Shown piece after piece: positions 25,801 to 39,258 of a stretch of 64,000 bases of DNA (position 1 is its first letter; the number at the start of each line of letters is the position of its first letter). A program made the position numbers and the translations under genes. This DNA is from Camelus dromedarius. Taxonomy: Eukaryota. The stretch spans positions 72,542,001 to 72,606,000 of the forward strand of contig NC_087436.1 in assembly GCF_036321535.1 (NCBI RefSeq), written 5' to 3'. The notes under the pieces are model-generated. The model was given only the letters and a program-made list of their open reading frames with translations, had not been told where the DNA came from and did no database searches.

Positions 25801-27839
25801 ATCTTCGTTGGCAAAGATGAAAAGTGAGCAATACAATAATTTTCTTTACAGGAAGATTATTGCTTCTAATTCTGTCATTTTTTCCTTATGTTTTTAAGAT
25901 GGGGAAAAAAACCCTGAAATATTCAGTACCAGAGATATTCAGATTGCTTTTAAAACTTCTTGTTCAAAGTACATGGATAGAGACGTTGATGTAGAATTTA
26001 GCCACAAGATTTCTTTTGGCTTCAAAATTATGTGAGTACATTTGTTCTAGCTTGTTGAGCAGAGCATGAATAAAACAGGAAACACAAATCCAGTTGCTGT
26101 TAAAATTATATGGCATGGCTTTTTTATGTGTCATCCATGTAAAATTTTTCATATGCTAATTCTTGTTAACATAACTGTCAGACAAAAATAAAAATGCTAT
26201 TAGAGTCACTTTCACTGGAAATGGCGGCAGGGAAGTCCTTTTCAATATAGGTCTGAAATGATTTGACACATCAGTTGATGCTAAATCTTGTTGTGCTGGC
26301 ACTAGGAATGAATGTTCTGCACTTTCTTTCATGTTGAATTAGTATCTTTACAGCACATTCATTTCTGTAATTTGCTTTTCATTGCCTATCATGCTATCCA
26401 AGCAGTATCTTCAAAAGAACAGGTGACTATTCAGCTATCAGTTCTATTCTGAAGTACTCTGAAAACTGAAGGTCAAAGTGAGACAGGTTGAATTTCAGTA
26501 ATATCACTTCAGTGAGAATGCTCACTTACCATTAACACAACTCTGCCACCGAAGAACTATGAATTACACATTTGCTGTGCTTCCCACTTAGCACCACAGC
26601 AGAATCTGACATCATCACTGGTGTTCTCTATAGCTTTGTAAAGCTCTCTTTCTATGGTTTCTGATCACATAATCGTATCATTGCTACCTGTACATTTTAA
26701 CTTGGAAGATGATTTTTGTGTCAGGAATTGCTAGTACATGACTGAACTCAGAAGAAAGAAATGGCTCTTACCAGGTTATCAAAAAGAGTGATCCCAGAGT
26801 CACAGAGCAGAAGTTGAAGCTATAATGGGAAGAAAGGGAGAGGTGGTTAGAATGTGTAATAGATGTATGTCTTAGGGCTTAGGATGTTAAGACTCATGGG
26901 TACTTGTTTAGAGTCCTGAGCTAAGAAAGCTCTCCTCTTGTTTATGAACAAAGACTAGAAAATCTTCACCAGACAGTCAAGATCTCAGTAGGTGAAAAAA
27001 TACCCACCCCAGGCTATGAACAGAAACAGAATCAACTTCAAGAAAGCAGGGCTTGACGATACATCAAGCAAGGACATAGGGGCCTGAAATCACATTCCTC
27101 ATATTGTATAAGCATCCCAGGCTGACAAACTGAGTGTAAGATAAAAGAAAAATTCAGAACCTATGGCCTTTATTGCACATAAGCAGAGTTCATTATAATG
27201 CCTTAGAGAGAGGCCTCCCTAACCAATGGTATGTGACAGCCTTCCAGAGAACATACGTCCCACTGAAAATGGCCTCATAAACAAAAATTATAAAACACAG
27301 GAAGAATTTCAGAGAGGAGAGAGTCCACAGACTCAAGAAATGTGGAATGGACACCTGAGTAATTAGAGCAAGTATGATCCAAAACACCTTTTAAAATATG
27401 CAGCTTAAAATGTTCAAAGAGATAAAAGGAATCATAAAGTAAGGGTAGGGAATTGGAAAATAGGCAAGTGAAAGCTTAAATACAGTCTTCAAGATAAAAT
27501 AAATTCTGTAGCTAGGTTAAACAGTCGCTTAGACACAATAAAGAGAGAATGAGAGAAATGAAAGAAAGATCTGAAGGAAAGGAGATACTCCTGTCCCTGT
27601 GACTCCAAAGCTGTTGAAGCCTGGTAAAATGCAGATTACCCTTCAAAAATAGAAACATATTAACATAATTAAGTAACAGCTGTAAAGTGAATATTGCAAA
27701 ATGGAGAACATTCACCTAGGAATGTCTAATTGTCTTACCCATCTCTTAAAACTTGTGCTCCTAAATTGAATGAAAGTATCAGGCCAGCCACTTAGTGTGG
27801 AGGAAGTGATGCAAACACACACGTCAAATTCATAAAATT

Positions 27840-28075
27840 CAACCCATACTCTCTATCACTCTTACCCTGAAACATATTTTTTTTCTCCATGGTGTTTATC
27901 ACAGTCAAACAGACTATACAATTTAATTGTGTATGATGTCTATTATTTATCTTTCCTTCTACTAGACTGTAAATTCAGAGGGTGTGGTCTTTTGTCTATT
28001 TTTTTCACTGATGCACCTCAATACCTAGAACAAATAGTAGGACCTCAACAAATACTTGCTGATGAGTGAATAAAC
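27840..28075 (+). mobile_element. L2 3'-end fragment
   Basis: 'actagactgtaaattc...tacctagaaca...tagtaggacctcaacaaatacttgctgatgagtgaataaa'. Confidence 0.7.
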
Positions 28076-28669
28076 AGGGGCTTCCAAGTGAGTGTACCAT
28101 ACTTGTTTCCCTTTTACACGAGTATAGCACGAGTAACGCAGTTGTAATGGAGACAACTTTCAAACTTTTATAAAGGAAACTTGAAACAAATCATCAGGGT
28201 CTACTTTTTAACACAAGAACGTATCATCGGGTTATTATTTCTTAAGAATTCTAGACTTTGCTTTTAATAATTTATTTGTGCTACATCTTGTTTCAGAAAG
28301 GATTTCAGGCAGTTGAGTATTAGAGTCAGATGAGGCTAAAATTACTTGAAATTAAAATTAAGAAGTAAAAATTCATACATGTATTTTGTCAAATATTAAA
28401 AAGGTATTTGCTTTTAGTGTTATATGAATGCATATACAATTCATATTTAATCAACATTCTTACTGTTACTTACCAGTAATATTGAAAAACAGAAAAACAC
28501 ACCCGAAAGTTAGATTTTGTGGTACATTATTTTAATCCTTCATACCTGGAGACAGACACGTTGTGAGCTTATTCCCACAAAAGACATTTGTAGAGTACAA
28601 CTGCAACTGTAGGAAAAAAGACTTGATGGAGAACATGCGTGCTAAAATGCACACTGCAAAAGATTACAA

Positions 28670-28880
28670 CATAAAGTATTTATTGAGCACTCACTCTGTG
28701 CTAAGCTCTGTTCTAAATGCTTTACATTTATTAATCATTTAATTCTTGTGATAATCCCATTATTCCATTTTACAAGATGAGACCTTTGAGGCTTAGGGAA
28801 GTGAAGTAATTTGTCTACAGTCAACAATTAATAAGTGTTGTAGCCAAGTTCACTTGGACACCTAGGCTCTGTCTCTTTTC
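28670..28880 (-). mobile_element. MIR SINE
   Basis: 'tttattgagcactcactctgtgc...ccattttacaagatgagacctttgaggcttagggaagtgaagtaatttg'. Confidence 0.7.
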
Positions 28881-29479
28881 AGACACACTTATCCTGCAGA
28901 CTCAAAGTATTTTAGTCTCCATAACAGGTGAATTTTATTGTAAAAGTAAAGAATAAAAATATCAACCAATTTCCCTGACAGCGAGGTAAAGGTTACGAGT
29001 AATAAAACATGTAAGAACAGAATCGCACGAAAACTGAGGTGGTGGTTTTGCAACTAACAATCTCATTGACTCTACACAAGTGGTAAAAAGTTGTGAAAGA
29101 CATCAGAGTCAGAGGTTGTGTAAAAGGTTAAATCTGAGGTACACCAGGCTCTATCAGTGACGTGCTGAGTTACTAGAATCAAGATCTAAGAAGAGATAAA
29201 CAACCCCAATCCAGGAATCAGACTAGGGCAGGGAAATCTTGACCCATCTGAGTAATTTCCTCCTCAGACTATGTGACCAGGAATGTGTCCAGGCCCCTTC
29301 CCTGCCCACCCTAAACTGCTGTCGGACATAAACTCACAGCTGGAGAGGAGCCCTGGAGCCCGCATCGCCAGCAGCGAGGGGACTGCATGCAAAGGGAGTG
29401 AGTCACAGCAGCGCACGCACTGGGCACGAAACTAGCCAATTTATCATGAAAAATACCATCATAAAATTGAAACGTTTTT

Positions 29480-32270
29480 GAGAATTGTTTCTTCATATCT
29501 ATGTTGCAAGACTATAGATTGGAAAAAGGAAGTGAAATTGCTCTCTCACACTGGAGCAAAATTGGCTTTTTTTGTTATAAGTGAGATTGAATATTTTTAT
29601 ATGTTTTTGAGCATTTGTAATTCTACTTTTGTGAAAGTCCTATTCATTTTCACAGCCCATTTTTTTTTAATGAGGCTATTTCAGCTTCTTATTGACATAA
29701 AGAAATATAAAATACTTCAAATACCAACCCTTTATCGTTTGGGTTGCAAATGTTTATTCCAGGTTGTTTTCCATTTTTATTTTGCTAATATTTCTCTTTG
29801 AAATCCAGAACTTGAAAAGTGATATTTTCATATCTAAAGATATTTTCTACACTAATTTTCACTAGAGAAAATGTCACATTTTATTTTTTAGAGATTCTAA
29901 ACATAACACAACTTTCTATTTTTATAAATACTAAAACTTTTTATTTTTAGAGATTCTTTGCAAAGAATGCTGAAAATCTTAGTTGTTCTTTTCTAATTTG
30001 TGTTGTCTTTGTCATTGATCAGTATATTGTATGTAATAAAAGTTTTATATATATTTACATAATATACATATATTTAATTAATATTTATTTATATTTCCAA
30101 GCTGCAGTTCTGTTTCTTTGCTCTCTTTGCCTCTTCTTGCACTAGTCCAACACATACATTTAACAGTTGTAGCTATATATAAGATGCTTAAAGATCAGGT
30201 AAAGTTAGAATCTCATTATTAAGTTGATTTTTCAAAATTTTATGGGCTATTCTTGCTCATTACTCCAGGTTAAGCTTTTGGAAGAAAAAAAAAACTTTCA
30301 GTAGGTTTTATATAAACATGATATAGAGAACTAAAAAAAAGAATATTCAAAAACTCATAATTCTTTTTTCCATTACTGTTTCTCAATCACCACATATACT
30401 TTTCAGAGGTAACAATTATTTTCTACCACTTCAAAGATATTCTATACATAAACTAGTATAATCCTTTATGAGCTTGTTTGCCCCCAAACTGTGCCATACT
30501 ATACACACTGGTTTTTTCTTTTACCTAATGTTATATATTTGTAGGTTTTTTTCATGTGAGTGCATCCAAGCTGTATCACTTATTTCAGAGTTGCAACAGT
30601 ATTGCTTTGCTCGATGCACCATATTAATTAACTGGTCTTTACGTGGTGGACATTTACACTGCTTCTCGTCTCTTATTACTGTAAACAGGGCAGCAGGGAA
30701 CATCCTTCTGCATATACATCAGGTTGCAGATATGAAAGCATATCTGTAAAGATAAGTTCTTAGAAACGAGACTCCTGGTTCCTAAAAGGGAGGTTGCTGG
30801 TTCAAAGACACATCTCTTTCTGTATTTAAAATGTAAATATTTCCATTTCTTTATCAATCCAAGGGCCCACACCATTAGTTAGAAATAAGGCACTGTTTAT
30901 ATAAAGGAAATGATGCTCTTTGCTTTAGAGTTGTCTAGCAAATATTCGTTGTTTGTCTTTCAAATTACTTATGGTACTTTTTAATACCTATAACATTTCA
31001 TGTAGTCGAATTTATCCATCTTTTATTTTATGGTTTCTTTTCCACACTTAATAAAGCTTTCACTTGGAAACTACTGAATAAAAGCTTCCCTAGTGCACTT
31101 CAATACTTTTATAGCTTCATTTTTAAGTTTAAATGCTTGATCCATCTAAAACTTGTTTTAATGTAGGAAATAAGCAAAGAAAGTTGTTTATTTTTTAAAT
31201 GCCTATTCCAATGTCTCAACATTTATTCAATAATAACTGTTCTTATGCACTGACGTGCAGTGCTATCTTCAAACTATATACTATTCCCATATTGCTGTCT
31301 TCAAATTGTGTTTTGTTTTATCATTTTACCTAATCTATTTCAAATACTGACATACTGTTATTTTAGTATTATTGTATTAAATGCATAGCCTTCCGTTAGA
31401 GAGACTTTACATTATCATGATGTTCAGTGTTTCTATCCAAGGTTAGAGTATATCTTCCAATTGATTCAGGTCTTCTCCCATCTCTCATAATAGCATTTAA
31501 ATACTTTGTTTATAGGATTCTTGGACATTTTTTGTTAAATTTATTCATAGCCATTAAGATTCATCCTGGTATTACTGTCAGGTGGATCTTCCACTTTAAA
31601 TTCTAACTGGTGGTTGACTCTTTATAGGAAGGCCATCAAATTTTGTTTGTAAATTTTTCAGCTATCTTACTGAAATATTTATTTGATTGTAATAGTTTAT
31701 AAGGTAATTCTGTTTTTTAAAGATATAAAATCATTTCTTCTATTAATAATGATAATTGACCTCCTACTATTCAAATATTTTTGTCTAATTTCTCTCTCAT
31801 CTATTGCTGACAATTATACTAGCTAGTAATAATTTGTCTCATTCCAGCTTTATTATGAATATATCTAGTGTTCTCCATCAATATGACGTGGACTCTTGAT
31901 TTCGTCTAAGTATGATAAAAATAAATCTTTTATTTATATTTTAGTAAAAGTATTTTTAAGGTCAAGAATGGATATCGAATTTTATCAAAAGAGTTTCATC
32001 ATCTATGGAGATTGTTACGATTTTGCTCTTGTTCTATTAATATGTTGAATTAAATTAGTAATTTTCTTCATGGTAAATCCTCTTTGCACTGTCAGTATGA
32101 ATCACACCTGCTCTTGTTTTTTTAATTTTTCTAATGTGCTGTTGAATTTTATATTCTGGGTTTTTTTTTAAGGTTATTACTATATCAAACTAATAGGTGA
32201 AATTGTTTTAAAGTTTCTATTTGTGCTATCCTTGTTGGATTTGGGTGTCAGTATCATGCAGACTGAATAC
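29480..32270 (-). mobile_element. Highly diverged old L1 (L1M-type) ORF2/3' fragments, patchy
   Basis: T-rich strand with antisense L1 motifs ('gagattgaatatttttatatgtttttgagcatttg', 'ttgatccatctaaaacttgttttt', 'tcaagaatggatatcgaattttatcaaa'). Confidence 0.65.
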
Positions 32271-33466
32271 TAAACTATGATGATAAAAGTGCATGAACTC
32301 TGGAGCCTGACTAGCCAGTTTAAATCAGCGCTGCTGTTAGTGACTGTGTGACCCTGCGCTAATTATCTAACCTCTCTGTGCACTGGTTTCCCTGACTATA
32401 TAATGTAAGGCCTGCTATATTTCTGTTTCTTTGTCCTATTAGAATATAACTCTTCAAGTCCCAAATGAAAGGCTGGGAATGTGGTAACAAGGACCCTCCT
32501 TTTTAATAGGATCTAAACTCTAACATTTGTCCCCATCCTTGGGAGTCTGCCAATAGCTCTGCTTAGCTTTTCAGTTCCTGGATGTTGAGAATCATTCAGA
32601 ACAGTCCAAAGTGTGGGGCTCACTGTCCTCCCTCCCAGATGCAGTTCCCTCAATTTCTTACAACTACGTCTCTGATGCCTTCAGGTCAAAGCTTTCTTTT
32701 GTTCTGCTCTGGCTTTTGCAGGTATTCTTAGCGGGAAGGTTAATCCAAAGTACTGTAGTCTCCCCAATTTTTATCATCAGTGTAAAAATTAAACAAACTA
32801 AGATTTTATGTATAGTAATGATTTTAATTTTGTTATATCTATTGTTTTACTTGCTTTTCTCAATTCTGTCCTCTGTGTCCTCTATTGTGTTTTAAACAAT
32901 ATCTATTGTCTTCTTTTGCTATTTCAGAAAGGTGCTCATTGATACAAAATTTCATTTTTCTTTTATATTTTTCTTGAGCTCTGACAGTGTGTGCCTTCAC
33001 TCATTCTACTGTCTCATCACAAGGCCCTGTGGTCTCCTGTGCTACCTAAGAGAACTCTGATTAATACTCTGAGCCATCCAAGTTTATAACAATGTACTGT
33101 CATGGTTTGTATCTGCTCAGTGGAAATATTTTTCTTTTAAGTGTTCTAAACCTGCCATATTTTCTCTTTTTCTTTTTTTCTTTTTTTCCTGGTCATAATT
33201 TATAAGATTATTTTCATTAACAATATACTCAATTCAATAGTAAAAGAAGTATGTATAATGTCAATATGGCTTTAATAGCATTGCATATAATATGCAGTCA
33301 GATGAGCTTAAAAGCTTGGAGGTCAAATCACGGCTCTGATTCTTTCCTGCTGGGTTCAAACCCTGGCTCCTTGTGCTTTAGCTATTTTTTTTCTTTTGTA
33401 AATAATAACAAATTTAAAAAGACTAACAGTCATACCTTCTTCATAGAGGTTGGTAAGAATCCCATC

Positions 33467-33847
33467 TATATTAGTTTCCTAGGACTACCATAGCAAAATA
33501 CAGAGACTGGGTAGTTTAAACAACAGAGTTCTGGAGGCTGGGATGTCCAAGACCAAGGTGTTGGCAGATCTGGTTTCTTCTGAGGCCTCTCTACTTGGCT
33601 TGCAGATGGCTATGTCCTCATGGTCTTTTGCTCTGTGCACGTGCATGTATCTGATGTCTCTGCCTATGTCCAAAATTCCTCTTCTGAAAGGACTCCAGCA
33701 GATTGGATTAGAGCCCAGCCTAATGGATTCATTTTAATTTAATCACTTCCTCAATGACTCTCTCTCCAAATACAATCACATTCAGAGGTACTGAGAGTTA
33801 GGACTTGAACATACGAATTTTGGAGGGACACAATTCAGCCCATAACA
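33467..33847 (-). mobile_element. MLT1 (MaLR) solo LTR
   Basis: Starts tatattagtttcctaggact, contains 'ttctggaggctgggatgtccaagaccaaggtgttggcag', ends ggacacaattcagcccataaca. These are diagnostic MLT1A-D ends. Confidence 0.88.
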
Positions 33848-34898
33848 CAAATCAGTTCCAGTCTATTTCAAATGATAACTTTTTTTATCTTGATAGTGCA
33901 AAATGACTCTCATTCAAACCAGTAAAATCAACACAATTAGTTTAACTGGGAGGAATGGTAAAAGAATGAAAAAATAGCAACTCTGTAAATATAAATAATT
34001 GTTAATCATGTTAAAATCATGTGGTCTATGACCAAGGTTTAAATGAATAAATAATATTATGAGTGTTTGTGGAAAATTTCATTTGACCTGTAAAATTATC
34101 ATTTTACAGATAACCACAGAGTTTATAGGTACTGAATCTTCCAGATTGCCTTCAATGTTACTATTGTTTATGATGTCTATTTATAACTTTAGATCAATAA
34201 AATGTGTGCTTTCAAGAGTCCTCTACTATGGATTTAATTTAATCTTGTTAAATAACTCAGCTGTGTCCTTGGACAAAATAAGACTTCAAATATGCAGCTA
34301 TTTCAAAATTTTTGTAATGTTTTGTTTCTGAAAAAGATTCGAAAGAAACAAATTAAGCTGAGGCTTTCCAAGTTTATATTATAGCATTTACAATATAAAA
34401 TTGACATAAATTCAGGAACCAAAATGAAGACATGTCACATTTATGAATAAACAGAAACTAGAGGAAGGAATCACATTTAATTATTTCTTTTTGTCCTTCA
34501 TGCTTGAATATGTGGTACAATATAAACAGTTGAAAGTAAAACTAGTTCCCGTGTTGCACTTAATGGTGAATATACTCCTATTTTATTATTTATCCCCCCA
34601 AAGTTTAGACAGTCAAAAAGAAATATGTCCTATTACTCAACTCTCTTTGGTGAAAGACCACAATCCTACCCACTCTATGTTTTGAAGAGTCATTGTTTAT
34701 AATTAAGTATTCTACAGATATCCAGCAACCGTGCATACGTGAAAACATTGCTTAAGCTGTCATACCATTGCAACACTCCCCACTATGAGGAAATTTATCT
34801 GTTAAACTTTCATTTATTTGATAATAAAATTAAAGGGCCCTTTCTGATATTTTGGCATGTATTATTCACCTGTAACCTTCACCATGGATGTGTGTGCA

Positions 34899-34900
<2 letters not shown>

Positions 34901-34930
<30 letters not shown>
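34901..34930. repeat. (TG)15 microsatellite
   Basis: Direct read. Confidence 0.95.
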
Positions 34931-34935
<5 letters not shown>

Positions 34936-37377
34936 AGGAGGAACTGACACTTTGTTTCTTGAGCACCTTCTATCTTCCAGGGATTCTTCTCAACACTTTA
35001 AATATGTGAAATTGTTTCCCATGATGCACGTTCTATTAATTCCATTCTACAGATAAAACTCTGATTCAGACTTGCTAAACAACTTCAAGCTAGTAAGTGT
35101 CAGAGCTGGGACTCAAGAATGAAGTTTAAAAATAGTGAAAATCATCATGAAGAGAGTCATTACTCCATGAAGTTACCTATTCCATCCCCTTGTCTTTAGA
35201 CAAAATTTCACTTAAAACACAGACAGCAGTCTGCCTTCCACCCCTCTTGCCTCCCCTTAAAAGCTCCAAGGACAAGACTCACACCAATCCTTTGCAGCCC
35301 ACTCTAGTCTCTCTTGTCTTAATCACCAGAGTACCTCCTGGAAGCTGCTAATCTCTTAAGAATACTCCAATTTGTCCTATCTCAGCTAAAAGAGAGAAAG
35401 TCTGTTCACCACCACTCAAAACTGAAAGGTTTTCTCCAGCACACCCCATCCCTGTGGCTGTTCTTGGTTGTCTGCTCAGCCCAGAGGCTCCAGCACAGAC
35501 ATTGATCTGAGTCTGTTCTCAGGTTTCACCCTCGGTTCCCAGAACGATCCTGCCACCAAATCACAAGTTCAAGTAAACTCCTGGAGTCCATTTGGTACTT
35601 ATGTGAACAGACTAACCCCCAAAACTAACCCATGTTTTTTTTTTTCAAGTTGGAATGACTCTAAGTTGGGCTGGGTCTCTTGGGGCTTACCCAGGCTGTC
35701 TTAAATACCTGTATGACTGAGTATTCAACAAGGAGATAAACAGGAATAATGGGACAAATCTAAATACCCCAAATTTCCCAAATAGATAAAAGTAATCTAA
35801 TGAGTTTTACCTGTATTTTACCAGTACATTTCTATGACCATATCTATGACATAATTATTGCTCCTTCTTAAGTGATAATAATAACAGTTATCACATAGAT
35901 TCTTTGTATACCCAATTTTGTCTTTGTTTCCAGTTACAAATAGATTGACAGGCACCTCTTTGCTGGATACTGTCTTTATCAGGCCTCTGATGTTACTGCA
36001 CAATTCTACAAGCCAATTAAATCCATAGGTTCTGTATTGGACATGAGAGAAACGCCACAAGCAAAATGAGTTCACAGACAGAGGTTGAGTAACAGTCTTC
36101 TGATTTTCAGTGGCAAAGCTGTTCAATCTCATAGTAATTTTTAACAGGTTTTTGTTTAACAAATTGGAAAATACACAAGTTGATCTTATTTGAGGAATGC
36201 TGTTAGGAATGAGATTAATCTATTCCAAGTAAGAATGTAATTGCTGACTAATATCTTCCCTACTTAAAAAATAAGTTGAAGGTTATGCGGTTCCAATTCT
36301 GACATGTAATGAACTTAGACGATATCACTCTTATCACTTAGAATAAGAAAAAGCTGGCAAACTAAAAGTCAGTAAATTTCCTTGGACCTATCAGAGAACT
36401 GAGGTTACAGGACAAACTGCCACCCCAAAAATCTAGAGGGGCAGATGAATTCAGAGAGTCACTGCTGAAACCTGCTTATCTGAAACAGAAGCTGCTATAG
36501 CCCTAAACTGGTAGAAACATTTAAACGGTAATTTTGATGAATTGCTGGAGACTGAGTGTGGAAGTGAGAAACCTCCGGGGGCTGTTGCCTTGCAGGGAGT
36601 CCCACACTTTAATGAGTTTTATCTCCAGAAAAGCATTGTTTCTCAAGGTGAAGAGCCTAGAAGGAGATCCTCCTGGCTCTGGCGGGGGGAGAAGCATAAC
36701 CTTATAGAATACACACAGAGCATTCTCCAAAGCAGAAGCCTATCTTCATAGGAAATACTTGACCAGAGCCTCATGCCACCTAGGGGAAGGGCATTTATCC
36801 TACTCCAGCCCTTTGTAGTCTTCTTAATTTATATGAGGGAGGAAAAAACAAGCTAAGGAACACTTGTGAAGCTCACATCCTAGGGACACAGACTGATTAA
36901 AAGGCAGAGTTAATCATAAGATTATAGACCACTTCCCTTCCCACACCTATCCACCATGACCAGGATATAAGAGTGGATTATAGCTGAAGGAGCTGTAAGG
37001 TTTACAGGCTCTTTGAAGGGAAGTCCTTAGAGAAGCCCGAAGTAATGAGGAAAGATTGAAAGAAAAAGGGCTCTAGAGGAAGTTTAATCCTCTCACAACT
37101 ACCACTGCAACAAACATTGAATACAGCCCAACTCATAGTGAGATTAACAGAAAAGCTCACACTAAAAGCCTATTTACCTCAGTTTCTGACACCTGACATA
37201 TCATGTCCAACTTTCAACCAAAAATTACAAGACATGCTAAAAGGCAAGAAAATACACAGACAAAGCAAGTGACAGAACTCAAGATAGGACGCAGATGTCA
37301 GATAAGAAATTAAAAATGACTATGATTACATATTTAGGACACTAATAGAAAAATTAGACAACACACAAAAACAGATG

Positions 37378-38457
37378 TGGTAAAAAGAAAACCACAGGTG
37401 CAAAATAATGTCACTTATGCTAAAGCCCATGATACTGATGCAGGAAAACGGATGTGGGGAGTGAGGAGGGCTGTACTCCAAATCTTGGTTGAGCCCCTGG
37501 GACGTGCCCCGCCAAGTGTGGGTCCTTGGCTTTGCGCAGGAAAGAATTCAAGAGCGAGCCACAGTTGAGTAAAGGTAGATTTATTCAGAGAGCTACATTG
37601 AAAGGCAAGAGAAAGGCCATGAGGAGTGGCGGTTGGACGCTCAGATTAAAAGTAGGTACACACTCCATAGACAGAATGTGGGCCGTTTCCAAAGAGGGAG
37701 AGAGGAGCGGCCGTGAGGCGCCCATGTTGCTGGTTTTTATGGGCTTGGTGGCTTCATATGCTAATAAGTGGAAGGACTAGTCTAAGTAGCCTGGGGAAGG
37801 GGCAGGGATTCCCAGGAAGTAGGCCATTTCCCACTCTTTGACCTTTTGTGGCTAGCCTTGGGGCTGCCATGGTGCCTGTGGGCGTGTTATTCAACATGTT
37901 AATATATTACAGTGAGCGTATAATGAAGTTCAAGATCTGCTATAAGTTAAACCTCTCATCATCTTGAGCCTTAAGCTTACTGGGGGTTGAATCTTTCACC
38001 ATTTTGATGTTGATTGCTGTAGCATTCCTTGAATGGCTGTGTCCTGCCCCCTTCCTGTCTCAATACCAAATCAAGATTTAATACTTGACTTAATTGCAGT
38101 TTTGACTTTTCCCAGGAATGTAATCTTAATTGGCCTGTCTAGAATTCTCTGATCAGCACCAATGAGGTAATGTGTCATGTGAGCCCTCTTCATCCCCCAA
38201 AGGAAGAAGAGGTAATCTGCATGATTGACCCTCATCCTTCCCCCAAAAGAAAATAACCTGGCCTGAAATAATCCTTCCTTTTCTTTTACTAATAGCTTCC
38301 TTGCCCCACCTTCCTTCTGTCTCTGAAGGCCTTTCTTTTGTACAACTCCTTGGAGTGTCTTTCTAATTTATTAAATGGGATGTTGCCTGGTTCATGAATC
38401 ATTGGATAAAGTCAATTAGATCTTCAAATTTATTTGGTTGAATTTTGTTTTTTAACA
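37378..38457 (+). mobile_element. Solo LTR (outer; ~449 bp once the nested LTR is removed), TSD gatg
   Basis: gatg|TGGTAAAAAG...TTTTTTAACA|gatg (37374-37377, 38458-38461). Removing it restores L1 'acagatgggtgatataa'. Confidence 0.85.
37436..38062 (-). mobile_element. Solo ERV1-class LTR (inner, 627 bp), TSD atac
   Basis: atac|TGATGCAGGAA...TTCCTGTCTCA|atac (37432-37435, 38063-38066). Terminal IR, minus-strand AATAAA (tttatt at ~37580), many intact CpGs. Confidence 0.9.
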
Positions 38458-38774
38458 GATGGGTGATATAAACATAGAGATGGAAATTCTAAGAAAGAAG
38501 CAAAAGGAAATACCAGAGATTGTAATACTATTAACAGAAGTAAATAATGCTTTTGACAGGCTCAAGAGTAGAAGGGACACAGCTAAAGAATGAATCAACA
38601 ATGAAGATAAATCAATCAAAAATTTTCAAAACTGAAATGTAATGAGAAAAAGTAATTAAAAAATAGAACAGAACACCCCAGAATGTGGAAAATTTTCAAA
38701 ATGTGTAACACACACCCATAGTTAGGATACCAGAGGGAAAAGAAAGAGAGTAAGAACGAAAAAAATATTCGAAG

Positions 38775-39258
38775 TGTGAACGAAAAATACTGCAAACCAT
38801 ATCAGTAAACAAAGAATACTGAAACCATCAGCTGCTGCAGCCACCACTCCCAGTGAAGACAAGGCTGCAGCCCAGCCTCTGCAGCCACTCACAATGGTGC
38901 ACCCTGAGGGGACTCAGAATAAGAAAGGACAGGATACTGGCCCTAGATAACTAGGTGCTTGTCAAAGGAATGAATTCAGTGAGCCCAAATGTTTGCTGCC
39001 TCCCATAGAAAAGCACTAAGTTAACTTGAGATGCCTGGTTTTCTTTAGTTAATGAGTAATCTTTAAATGTTCCAACTACCTGATCTTTGTTGTTAGACTC
39101 CTATATATCCCAGCTCCTCCCCTGCCTCTTCAGAGCTGTCCCTCTGAGCGATCTGAGAGGCTGTCATCCCAGGATTGAAGGGGTTCGACTCCTCAGAAAT
39201 GTCTGCCAGTTAAAACATAACTCTCAACTTTTAGGCTGTGCGTTTATTTCAGTCGACA
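38775..39258 (+). mobile_element. Solo ERV1-class LTR, 484 bp, TSD gaag
   Basis: gaag|TGTGAACGAAAAAT...ATTTCAGTCGACA|gaag (38771-38774, 39259-39262). TATA ctatatat at ~39101. Removal rejoins L1 ORF1-like sequence. Confidence 0.88.

Noticed and set aside
23638..26720. Specific identification as bornavirus L, KNL1, TEX15, FSIP2 or a hAT transposase
   Set aside because: I compared my translations from memory and found no diagnostic motif (e.g. GDNQ, MELT repeats, BED finger). Left unidentified.
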